Source of the DNA: Burkholderiales bacterium
GTDB lineage: Bacteria > Pseudomonadota > Gammaproteobacteria > Burkholderiales > Burkholderiaceae_C
Assembly (NCBI GenBank): GCA_031421955.1
Contig: JANOPR010000023.1
Coordinates: 1-24,054, forward strand
Reading direction: 5' to 3'
Length of the DNA stretch: 24,054 nt
The notes below the pieces were generated by a model, which saw only the letters and a list, made by a program, of their open reading frames with translations, was not told the DNA's origin and ran no database searches. Below are positions 8,801-18,654 of the stretch, one piece after another. The translations under genes were made by a program, and so were the position numbers. Positions within the stretch are counted from its first letter, which is position 1, and every line of letters starts with the position of its first letter.

Positions 8801-9959
8801 ACCAGAAGACCGCTCGGCCCTGGCTGCGCCGCGGCCTGATCGCCACCGTGTTGATCGCCGCGGGCGTCGCCGCGGCGATGTGGCTGGCTCGGGCCAAGCC
8901 CGTGGCCGTGGTCGTGGCCGAGGTGGGCCGCGGCAAGGTCGAGTCCTCGATCGCCAACACACGGGCCGGCACCGTCGAGGCCTGCCAGCGCACGCGCTTG
9001 TCCACCATCGCCGGCGGCCGCATCGAGTTGCTGGCGGTCAAGGAGGGCGACCGGGTGACCAAGGGCCAGTTGCTGATGAAGCTGTGGAACGACGACCAAC
9101 TGGGCCAACAGGCGGTGGCCGCGACGCAGGTCGAGATGGCGCGCAAGCGCGAGGCCGAAGCCTGCACGATGGCCGCGGCGGCCCTGCGCGAAGCCGAACG
9201 GCAGAGCACCTTGCGCAAGCAGGAGTTCGTCTCGATCGCGCGCGAAGACGCCGCGCGCAGCGAAGCCAGCGTTCGGGCTGCGGCCTGCCAGACGGCCGGC
9301 GCCGATGTGGCCCAGTCGCAGGCCCGTCTGGCGCTGAGCCGCATCGAGCAGCGTCGCATGGTGTTGGTCGCGCCGTTTGCGGGCACCATCGCGCGCATCG
9401 TCGGCGAGGTCGGCGAGTATTCGACGCCGTCTCCGCCCGGGGTGCCCACGCCGCCTGCGATCGACCTGATCGACGACTCGTGCCTGTACGTCAAGGCGCC
9501 GCTGGACGAGGTCGATGCGCCGCGCCTGAAGGCCGGAATGCCGGTGCGCATCACGATCGACGCGCTGCCCGGTCGCAGCTTTGCCGGGCGCATCCAGCGC
9601 ATCGCCCCGTACGTCAGCGCATTGGAGAAGCAGGCCCGCACAGTGGACATCGAAGCCACGTTCGACACGCCCGCCAGCGCCGGCCCGCTGCTTGTCGGCT
9701 ACAGCGCCGATGTCGAAGTGATCCTGGAAGTACGCGACTCGGTGCTGCGCGTGCCCACGGCAGCCCTGCTCGAAGGCTCACGGGTGCTGCTGCTGGAGGG
9801 CGACGCGCTGGTCGAGCGCAAGCTCAAGACCGGGCTGAGCAACTGGCAGTTCACCGAAGTCATCGAAGGGCTGGACGGGGGCGAGCGCATCGTCACGTCG
9901 CTCGAGCGAGAAGGGGTCAAGGCCGGCGCGCGCGCGGTCGCCGACACGGCTGCCGCCAA

Positions 9960-9963
<4 letters not shown>
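8797..9963 (+). CDS. Efflux transporter periplasmic adaptor (membrane fusion protein, MacA/HlyD-like)
   Basis: N-terminal membrane anchor, lipoyl-like halves (GGRIELLAVKEGDRVTKGQLL; LVAPFAGTI), central coiled coil and beta-barrel (DEVDAPRLKAGMPVRIT). ATG 8797 overlaps the upstream TGA (ATGA). Confidence 0.88.
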
Positions 9964-10717
<754 letters not shown>

Positions 10718-10718
<1 letters not shown>

Positions 10719-11926
10719 TGCGCACCCGCGACGTGCTCTCATTCGCGCGGGACGCCGCGCTCGGCAACCCCCTGCGCACCTCGCTGCTGATGCTGGCGAT
10801 GGCCATCGGCGTCGCCGCCGTGGTCGTGCTGACCGCCTTGGGCGATGGGGCGCGGCGCTATGTCCTTGACCAGTTTCTGGCCATCGGCAGCAATGTCGTG
10901 ATCATCCTGCCCGGGCGTTCGCAGACCGGCGGTTTCAGCCCGGCCAATGCGATCACGAGCACCACACGCGACCTGAGCATCGAGGATGCGCAGGCCCTGC
11001 AGCGCGCCCGCGGTGTCCAGCGCGTCACGCCCTTGTTGGTCGGGCTGTCGGAAGTCAATGTCGGTGGACGCCTGCGAGAGGCGATGGTGGTCGGCACCAG
11101 CGCCGAGTACGGCGCGATGCGCAAACTGGTGCTGGCACAGGGCCGGTTTCTGTCGGAGGGCGACTGGACCCGGGGCTCGCCGGAGGTTGTGCTGGGCGCC
11201 ACGCTGCGCCGCGAACTGTTTGGCGCCGAACCTGCGGTCGGGCAGTTGGTGCGCATCGGCGACCGGCGCTTTCGCGTCAGGGGCGTGCTCGCGGCACGTG
11301 GCGAGGGGCTGGGTGTGAACGCCGACGAGGTCGCCTTCGTTCCGGTGTCGACGGCCATGGCCATGTTCAATACCAGTTCGCTTTTCCGAGTGCTGATCGA
11401 AGCCCAAAGCCGCGGGGCTGTGCCATCGGTCAAGAGTGAAGCCTTGCGCATCATCGCGGCGCGCCACGACGGCGAGGCCGACATCACCGTGATCACGCAG
11501 GACGCCGTGCTCGGTACCTTCGACCGCGTCCTCGGCGCATTGACCCTCGCGGTGGCGGGCATCGCGGCGATCAGCCTGGCCGTGGCCGGAATCCTGGTGA
11601 TGAACGTGATGCTGGTTTCGGTGACGCAGCGCACCGGCGAGATCGGCCTCTTGAAGGCGCTCGGGGCCACGGCGGCGACGATTCGCCAGGCCTTCCTGGC
11701 TGAGGCGGTGATGCTCTCTCTGGCCGGCGCCCTGGTGGGCTACGGCCTGGGGCATGCCGGCGCCCTCGCGATCCGCATCCTGTATCCGGTGTTCCCGGCC
11801 TACCCGCCGGCCTGGGCCGTCGCAGCGGCGCTGCTCACCGCGGTGACGACGGGCGTCGTGTTCGGCGTGATGCCCGTGCGCCGCGCCGCGGCGCTTGACG
11901 CGGTGACGGCGCTGGCCCGCCACTGA
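10718..11926 (+). CDS. ABC transporter permease, MacB/FtsX family (subunit 1)
   Basis: LRTSLLMLAMAIGVAAVV TM1, a large periplasmic domain, GILVMNVMLVSVTQRTGEIGLLKALGA and three C-terminal TMs. The start overlaps the ATPase stop (TGATG). Confidence 0.92.
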
Positions 11927-11942
11927 ACCGGCGCAAAGACCG

Positions 11943-13145
11943 ATGTTGCGCTGGCAGGACACCGTGCAGCTGGCAATGCACTCGCTGCTCGCCGGGCGGC
12001 TGCGAAGCTTCCTGACCCTGCTGGGCATCGCCGTGGGCATTGCGGCGGTGATCCTGCTCAGCTCGATCGGCGAGGGATTGCATCGTTTCGTGCTTGCCGA
12101 GTTCTCGCAATTCGGCACCCACGTCATCAAGGTCACGCCAGGCAAGACCCGCACCGGCGGCGTCAACCCAGGATTCCCGTCATCGGTGCGGCCCTTGACG
12201 TTGGACGACGCGCGCGCACTTGCGCGCATGCCCGGCCTGATTGGCGTGGTGCCGATGGCCGCCGGGAACGCAGAAGTCGCTGCCGGTGGGCGCCTGCGGC
12301 GTACTACCGTGATCGGTACCACGCACGAGTTCGCCGCCGCCTTCCAGATGCAGGTGCGCGCAGGCCAGTTCCTGCCCGCGGACGACAGCGACAGCGCGCG
12401 TTCCTTCGTGGTCCTGGGGTCGACCCTGAGGCGTGAGCTCTTCGGCACCGCCAACCCGCTCGGCGAGCGCGTGCGTATTGGCGGCGAGCAGATGCGCGTG
12501 ATTGGCGTGCTCGAGTCGCGGGGTCAATTCCTGGGCATCGACATCGACGACACCGCCTACGTGCCGGCCTCGCGCGCGCTCGTGATGTTCAACCGGGCGG
12601 GCCTGCAGGAGATCAACGTCATCTACCGCGAGCACCTGCCCGCGGCCGGCGTGGTGGCCGATGTCAAGTCCGTCATGAAGGCGCGGCACGGCACAGAGGA
12701 CTTCACCGTCGTCACGCAGGAGGACATGCTGCGCACGCTGTCCAACATCCTGGACATCCTGACGCTGGCGGTCGGCGCTCTGGGCAGCATCTCGCTGCTG
12801 GTCGGCGGCGTGGGCATCGTCACCATCATGACCATCGCCGTCACCGAACGTACCGGCGAGATCGGCCTGCTGATGGCGTTGGGCGCGCGCCGTCGCTCGG
12901 TGCTGGCCTTGTTCCTCGGCGAAGCCGTCGTGCTCTCGGCGCTCGGTGGTGCGATCGGCGTCGCGGTTGGCGCCGGAATTGCCCAGTTGCTGAGCCTGCT
13001 GGTGCCGGGCCTGCCGGTGCACACGCCGGCCACGTTCGTCGCTGCGGCGGTGGCCGGGTCGATGCTGATCGGGCTGATCGCCGGCGTGCTGCCGGCGCGA
13101 AGCGCTGCGCGGCTCGACCCCGTGACGGCGTTGCGCGCCGAGTGA
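11943..13145 (+). CDS. ABC transporter permease, MacB/FtsX family (subunit 2)
   Basis: LRSFLTLLGIAVGIAAVI and GIVTIMTIAVTERTGEIGLLMALGA, ending in LDPVTALRAE. Same topology as the preceding gene. Confidence 0.92.
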   Translation: MLRWQDTVQLAMHSLLAGRLRSFLTLLGIAVGIAAVILLSSIGEGLHRFVLAEFSQFGTHVIKVTPGKTRTGGVNPGFPSSVRPLTLDDARALARMPGLIGVVPMAAGNAEVAAGGRLRRTTVIGTTHEFAAAFQMQVRAGQFLPADDSDSARSFVVLGSTLRRELFGTANPLGERVRIGGEQMRVIGVLESRGQFLGIDIDDTAYVPASRALVMFNRAGLQEINVIYREHLPAAGVVADVKSVMKARHGTEDFTVVTQEDMLRTLSNILDILTLAVGALGSISLLVGGVGIVTIMTIAVTERTGEIGLLMALGARRRSVLALFLGEAVVLSALGGAIGVAVGAGIAQLLSLLVPGLPVHTPATFVAAAVAGSMLIGLIAGVLPARSAARLDPVTALRAE

Positions 13146-13161
13146 CTGGCGACCTGGCCCG

Positions 13162-13167
13162 TACACT
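13162..13167 (+). promoter_or_regulatory. Candidate -10 hexamer for a near-leaderless ispF transcript
   Basis: TACACT lies 8 nt before the ispF ATG, with no SD and no clear -35. Confidence 0.4.
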
Positions 13168-13175
13168 GCCCGCCC

Positions 13176-13670
13176 ATGACGACGTCAACCACAGGGCTGC
13201 GTATCGGTGAGGGCTGGGACACCCATGCGCTCGTCGCGGGTCGACCGCTGGTGCTGGGTGGCGTGACGATTGCGCACAGCCACGGCCTGGCCGGCCACTC
13301 CGACGCCGATGCCCTGGCCCACGCGATCACGGACGCGCTGTTCGGCGCCGCGGCACTCGGCGACATCGGACGGCACTTCTCCGACACCGACGCCGCCTTT
13401 GCGGGCGCCGATTCGATGAACTTGCTGGCGCAGGCGGCGTCGCGCGTTCGCGCCGCAGGCTACGAAATCGCAAATGTCGACAGCACCGTTGTTGCGCAGG
13501 CGCCCAAGTTGGCACCGTACATCGAAGCGATGCGCGCGCGGCTGGCGCAAGTCCTGGGCGTCGCAATCGATCAGGTCAATGTCAAGGCCAAGACCGCCGA
13601 GAAGATGGGTCCGGTCGGCGAGGGCCGTTCGATCGAAGCGCGCGCCGTCTGCCTGCTGAGCCGGCGCTGA
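13176..13670 (+). CDS. ispF: 2-C-methyl-D-erythritol 2,4-cyclodiphosphate synthase
   Basis: [53 protein letters not shown] and [11 protein letters not shown]. Confidence 0.97.
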   Translation: MTTSTTGLRIGEGWDTHALVAGRPLVLGGVTIAHSHGLAGHSDADALAHAITDALFGAAALGDIGRHFSDTDAAFAGADSMNLLAQAASRVRAAGYEIANVDSTVVAQAPKLAPYIEAMRARLAQVLGVAIDQVNVKAKTAEKMGPVGEGRSIEARAVCLLSRR

Positions 13671-13694
13671 CCTGCTGCCCCGGCGCGGGCCGAC

Positions 13695-15023
13695 TCAGGG
13701 CGCGCGCTTGAGCCGCAGATGCGCGACGAGGCCGCCGTCCGGGGCGTTGTCGACCTCGAACTGGCCGCCCATGCGCTGCATCGCCTTCTCGACGATCGCC
13801 AGGCCCAGCCCGGCGCCCGTGGCCGCCGTGCGTGCAGCGTCGCCGCGATAGAAGGGCGTCGTCAGCTGCGCCAGTTTCTCGGGCGGCACGCCGGGTCCGT
13901 GGTCGCGCACGCTGACGATCACCCAGGGCCCGGATCGCGCGTAGCCCACCGAGACCATGGCAATGCCGGTGTCGGTGGTGCGGCCGTAGCGGCGCGCGTT
14001 CTCGAACAGGTTGCCCAGCACGCGACCGAGTTCGACCTCATCGGCCATCACGCGCACATCGATTGCGACCTTGGAGCTGATGCGGATCTCGCGCGGGTCA
14101 CGGAATGTCGCGGCCTCCTTGTCGACCAGCGGCGACAGGTGCACGGGCACCAGGCGTGCCTCGCCGGGCCGTGCGTAGTCCATGAACTTGTCGATGATGG
14201 CGTCGAGTTGTTCGATGTCCAGGGCCATGTTCTGCCGCGCCTCTTCGTCGCTGACGCTCATCTCGGCTTCCAGACGCAGTCGCGCCAGCGGTGTGCGCAG
14301 ATCGTGGCTGATGCCGGCCAGCATCACGGCGCGATCCTCCTCGACCTTGGCCAGTTCGCGCGCCATGCGATTGAAACCCATGTTGACCTCGCGGATCTCG
14401 CTGGTCAGCGTGTTCTCGTCGAGCACCGAATCGAACTCGCCGTCGCGGATTCGGCTGGCGGCAAAGCTGAGGTCGCGCAGCGGTTGGTTGATCAGGCGCG
14501 CGATCGATATCGAGCCGACCAGCGTGGCCAGCAGCGCAATGCCAACCCAGACGAACCAGGTTCCCGGGGTCAGCGGCACGACCCGCGTCGCATCGGCCTG
14601 CAACCAGTAGGGGTCGTGTTCGATGTTGAAGCCGACCCACAGTCCAGGCTGGCCGTTGACCGCGCGGGCGACCACGGTGGTGGCTTCGAGTCGCGATCGC
14701 AACTCGGCTCCGACGCGGCGCGTGAAGCGGTCGACCTCGAAGGGCTCCCAGCGGTCGCCGGGCTCGCGAGGCAGGACTCGCATGGATTCCTGGTCAGTCA
14801 TCGTCTTGACGACGGCGACGCGGCTGATGCTGTCGGAATAGCGCAGTGCCGCCCGCGACAGGTTGACCAGGCTGGCAATCTGCTGCGCGGCCTGTACGGC
14901 GCGCGGCTCGAGCTCGAGCGCGCGCAATGTCTGCACCCAGGCAAAGATGCCGCCGGCCAGCAGCAGGGCCAGCAGGAAAAAGGTGCGGGAGAAGAGGCTC
15001 AGGCCGACAGAAGCGCGGGGCAT
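13695..15023 (-). CDS. Sensor histidine kinase, EnvZ/RisS-like (2 TM, HAMP, HisKA, HATPase)
   Basis: H-box ISHDLRTPLARL, N-box NLFENARRY, DHGPG, PFYRGD and GAGLGLAIV. It lies downstream of the OmpR-type regulator. Confidence 0.92.
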   Translation of the reverse strand: MPRASVGLSLFSRTFFLLALLLAGGIFAWVQTLRALELEPRAVQAAQQIASLVNLSRAALRYSDSISRVAVVKTMTDQESMRVLPREPGDRWEPFEVDRFTRRVGAELRSRLEATTVVARAVNGQPGLWVGFNIEHDPYWLQADATRVVPLTPGTWFVWVGIALLATLVGSISIARLINQPLRDLSFAASRIRDGEFDSVLDENTLTSEIREVNMGFNRMARELAKVEEDRAVMLAGISHDLRTPLARLRLEAEMSVSDEEARQNMALDIEQLDAIIDKFMDYARPGEARLVPVHLSPLVDKEAATFRDPREIRISSKVAIDVRVMADEVELGRVLGNLFENARRYGRTTDTGIAMVSVGYARSGPWVIVSVRDHGPGVPPEKLAQLTTPFYRGDAARTAATGAGLGLAIVEKAMQRMGGQFEVDNAPDGGLVAHLRLKRAP

Positions 15024-15101
15024 GGGGCGGGATGTTGGCTCAGGCTTCTTGGTTCACGGCCCGACTTCGTTCCACGAGCTGGAGCTGTCAAGCGGACGCC
15101 G

Positions 15102-15172
15102 TGGCACCGGGTCTGGCGGTGCCATCAGCGGCGCCCCCCTGGGGGGAGGCGCCGCAGGCGCTTCGGGGGGTG
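15102..15172 (-). repeat. REP-like multi-hairpin element, copy A
   Basis: The minus strand after the ompR TGA reads CACCCCCCGAAGCGCC-TGC-GGCGCCTCCCCCCAGGGGGGCGCC...TGGCACCG-N7-CGGTGCCA. Same layout as copies at about 16.9 and 21.8 kb. Confidence 0.65.
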
Positions 15173-15907
15173 TCAACTCGTGCCATCAGGCACGAACACA
15201 TAGCCTACGCCCCAGACGGTCTGGATATAGCGCGGCTGCGCGGGGTCGGCCTCGATCATCTTGCGCTGGCGCGAGATCTGCACGTCCAGGCTGCGGTCAA
15301 AGGGTTCGAACTCGCGGCCACGGGCCAGTTGCGCCAGCTTGTCGCGCGACAGCGGCTGGCGCGGATGGCGCACCAGGGCCTTGAGCATCGAGAACTCGCC
15401 GGTGGTCAGCGCCATCTGCTCGCCGTCCTTGGTCAGGCGGCGCAGGGACAGGTCGAATTCGAAGGGCCCGAAGGTCACGGTCTGCTGGTCTTTCGACGGT
15501 GCACCGGGCGCTTCGATCGCCGGACGCCGGCGCAGTACCGCATGGATGCGGGCCAGCAACTCGCGCGGGTTGAAGGGCTTGGGCAGGTAGTCGTCGGCAC
15601 CGACTTCGAGCCCCACGATGCGATCGACGTCCTCGACCTTGGCCGTCAGCATGATGATCGGCGTGGTGTCGTTGGCCGCGCGCAGGCGGCGGCAGATCGA
15701 CAAACCGTCTTCACCGGGCAGCATCAGGTCGAGCACGATCAGGTCGATCGTCTCGCGCGTCAGCAACCGGTTCAGCGCCTTGGCATCCTCGGCGAGCAGG
15801 ACTTCGAAGCCTTCCTGGGTCAGGTAGCGACGCAGCAGGTCACGGATACGCGCATCGTCATCGACGACCACCACGCGGTCAGGTCGGGCATTGGCGGTGG
15901 CATTCAT
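15173..15907 (-). CDS. ompR: Two-component response regulator, OmpR/RisA type
   Basis: Receiver VVVDDD, LIVLDLMLPGEDG and GADDYLPKPFNPRELLARI. Winged helix (DRSLDVQISR..., YIQTVWGVGYVF). SD AGGAG lies 6 nt upstream. Confidence 0.93.
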   Translation of the reverse strand: MNATANARPDRVVVVDDDARIRDLLRRYLTQEGFEVLLAEDAKALNRLLTRETIDLIVLDLMLPGEDGLSICRRLRAANDTTPIIMLTAKVEDVDRIVGLEVGADDYLPKPFNPRELLARIHAVLRRRPAIEAPGAPSKDQQTVTFGPFEFDLSLRRLTKDGEQMALTTGEFSMLKALVRHPRQPLSRDKLAQLARGREFEPFDRSLDVQISRQRKMIEADPAQPRYIQTVWGVGYVFVPDGTS

Positions 15908-15919
15908 AGGGCACTCCTA

Positions 15920-15989
15920 ACTTGTAACAGGCGCATGGTACGGGGCTTTTGGGAACACAAAGCCTGTCGACGGGTTGTCTGTTACAAGT
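15920..15989. promoter_or_regulatory. Perfect 11-bp inverted repeat in the divergent ompR/SIMPL intergenic region
   Basis: ACTTGTAACAG (15920-15930) and CTGTTACAAGT (15979-15989), separated by 48 nt. Confidence 0.55.
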
Positions 15990-16095
15990 CTTTCGCACCG
16001 TCGTTGGCGACCTTGCGTGTCAACGGCAGTCCTTCACGTTGCGCTAGGCAATGACGCTTGTCAGCGCGCAAGCAGTCGTCATCGAAAGGATCAGG

Positions 16096-16821
16096 ATGCA
16101 AATCAAGTTCGTGCGTGCCGGTGCGCTGGTCGCCTTGGTGGTGGGCCTCAGCGCCCAGGCCCAGCCCATGGCTGCGCCCACCAGTGGCGTGCTCAATCTG
16201 ACCAGCAGCGCCACCGTCGAAGTGACCAAGGACACGCTGGTCGTGGCCTTCAGCGCCACACGCGAGGGCAGCGAGGCGCAGGCCGTGCAGACGGCGCTGA
16301 AGCAGGCGCTGGAGGCTGCGCTCAGCGAGGCACGCAAGGTCGCCAAACCCGGACAGGTCGACGTGCAGACCGGCAACTTCGCGCTGCACCCCCGCTACGC
16401 GCCACCGGTCAAGGGCACGCCGCCTGCGATCAGCGGTTGGCAGGGTACGGCCGAGTTGATCGTCCAGGGCAAGGACATTGCGGCCATCGCCCAGCTCAGC
16501 GGCCGTATCCGGACCATGAGCATCGCCCGAGTCGGCTACTCGCTGTCGCGCGAGGCGCGCGAGAAGGTCGAGGCCGAAGTGACTGCACAGGCGATCGCGC
16601 GCTGGCGCGCCAAGGCCGCGCAGATGAGCCAGCAGTTCGGCTACGGCAGCTACGTGGTGCGCGAAGTCAACGTCTCGACCAACGATTCGCCGCCGCAGGT
16701 GCAGCCGATGCGACTCCAGGCCATGCGTGCAACGGGCAGTGCCGACGAATCGCTGCCGACCGAGGCCGGCAAGGACGACGTGACGGCCACCGTCAACGGC
16801 TCAGCGCAAATGATGAAGTGA
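16096..16821 (+). CDS. SIMPL domain (DUF541/YggE-like) periplasmic protein
   Basis: Signal peptide MQIKFVRAGALVALVVGLSAQA and a SIMPL-like pattern (SSATVEVTKDTL...GWQGTAELIV...YVVREVNV...VTATVNGS). The purine-rich AAGGATCAGG before ATG 16096 favours it over 16051. Confidence 0.82.
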   Translation: MQIKFVRAGALVALVVGLSAQAQPMAAPTSGVLNLTSSATVEVTKDTLVVAFSATREGSEAQAVQTALKQALEAALSEARKVAKPGQVDVQTGNFALHPRYAPPVKGTPPAISGWQGTAELIVQGKDIAAIAQLSGRIRTMSIARVGYSLSREAREKVEAEVTAQAIARWRAKAAQMSQQFGYGSYVVREVNVSTNDSPPQVQPMRLQAMRATGSADESLPTEAGKDDVTATVNGSAQMMK

Positions 16822-16875
16822 TGGCTCCAGATGCGACAGCGTCGCTGACGCCGGCACCAACCCAGCAAGCGCCGC

Positions 16876-16940
16876 GGATCCGGCTTTGCCGGTCCGCTGG
16901 CGCTGCCCCTTGAGGGGAGCGGCGAAGCCGCTTCGGGGTG
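16876..16940 (-). repeat. REP-like multi-hairpin element, copy B
   Basis: The minus strand after the bdh TAA reads CACCCCGAAGCGGC-TTC-GCCGCTCCCC-TCAA-GGGGCAGCG...CCGGC-AAA-GCCGG. Confidence 0.65.
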
Positions 16941-16946
16941 GTCCCG

Positions 16947-17717
<771 letters not shown>

Positions 17718-17769
17718 GCGAGTGAACTCCAGTCGTTGTTAGCATCGATTATCGAACCAGGGAGCCGGC

Positions 17770-18654
17770 GTGACGATTCAACCGCGAATCGCGCATGTTC
17801 AATGCGCGCACACCACCACCCCGACCCGCATGGGCCTGCACCGTATGGCCTATGCGGAGTGGGGCGACGCGGACAACCCGCAGGTCGTCATCTGTGCCCA
17901 TGGGCTCTCGCGCCAGGGGCGTGACTTCGACACGCTGGCGCGCGCGCTCGCGGGCCAGTACCGTGTGGTCTGCCCGGACGTGGTCGGCCGCGGTCGCTCC
18001 GACTGGCTCGAGAACCCGGCCGGCTACCAGCTGGCGCAATACATCGCCGACATGGTCACGTTGCTGGCGCGCCTGAATGCGACGGCGGTGGATTGGGTCG
18101 GGACGTCGATGGGCGGGTTGATCGGCCTGGGCGTGGCGTCACTGACAGGCTCGCCGCTGCGGCGCCTGGTGCTCAACGACGTCGGGCCGACCCTCGAGCC
18201 GGCATCGCTCGAGCGCATCGGCGCCTACCTGGGGCAGCCGGCGCATTGGCGCACGCTCGAGGAAGCCGCCGAGGCCATCTGGGCGACTTCTTCGAGCTTC
18301 GGTCCGCACACACGAGAGCAGTGGCTGGCCCTGTCGGCGCCACAGCTGGTGCCCGATGGCGAGGGATTCAAGCCGCACTACGACCCAGGCATCGCCGTGC
18401 CCTTCCGCGCGGCGACGCCCGAGTTCGTCAAGGCGGGCGAGGCGCTGCTGTGGCAGGCCTTTGACCGCTTGACACTGCCGACGCTCTTGCTGCGTGGCGC
18501 TCAGAGCGACCTCCTGTCGCACGCGACCGCCCAGGCCATGACTGCACGCGGCCCGCGCGCACGCCTGGTCGAGTTCGCCGGCGTCGGCCATGCGCCGATG
18601 CTGGTTCAGTCCGACCAGGTCGAGGTGGTGCGGGAGTTTCTGCTGGCGCCATGA
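17770..18654 (+). CDS. Alpha/beta hydrolase, possibly an intracellular 3-hydroxybutyrate-oligomer hydrolase (PhaZc/PhaY2-like)
   Basis: CAHGLSR oxyanion motif, GTSMGG nucleophile elbow and GHAP catalytic His. SD AGGGAG precedes the GTG. The specific function is inferred from its position next to bdh. Confidence 0.8.
   Translation: MTIQPRIAHVQCAHTTTPTRMGLHRMAYAEWGDADNPQVVICAHGLSRQGRDFDTLARALAGQYRVVCPDVVGRGRSDWLENPAGYQLAQYIADMVTLLARLNATAVDWVGTSMGGLIGLGVASLTGSPLRRLVLNDVGPTLEPASLERIGAYLGQPAHWRTLEEAAEAIWATSSSFGPHTREQWLALSAPQLVPDGEGFKPHYDPGIAVPFRAATPEFVKAGEALLWQAFDRLTLPTLLLRGAQSDLLSHATAQAMTARGPRARLVEFAGVGHAPMLVQSDQVEVVREFLLAP

Noticed and set aside
8757-9959. 653-aa ORF 8757..10718 as a novel N-terminally extended ATPase
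   Set aside because: The first ~400 codons are an off-frame reading of the adaptor gene. A GTG at 9960 overlapping the adaptor stop gives a normal 252-aa ATPase.
15086-15091. TTGACA (minus strand) as an internal -35 for the kinase
   Set aside because: There is no acceptable -10 hexamer at 16-18 nt spacing.
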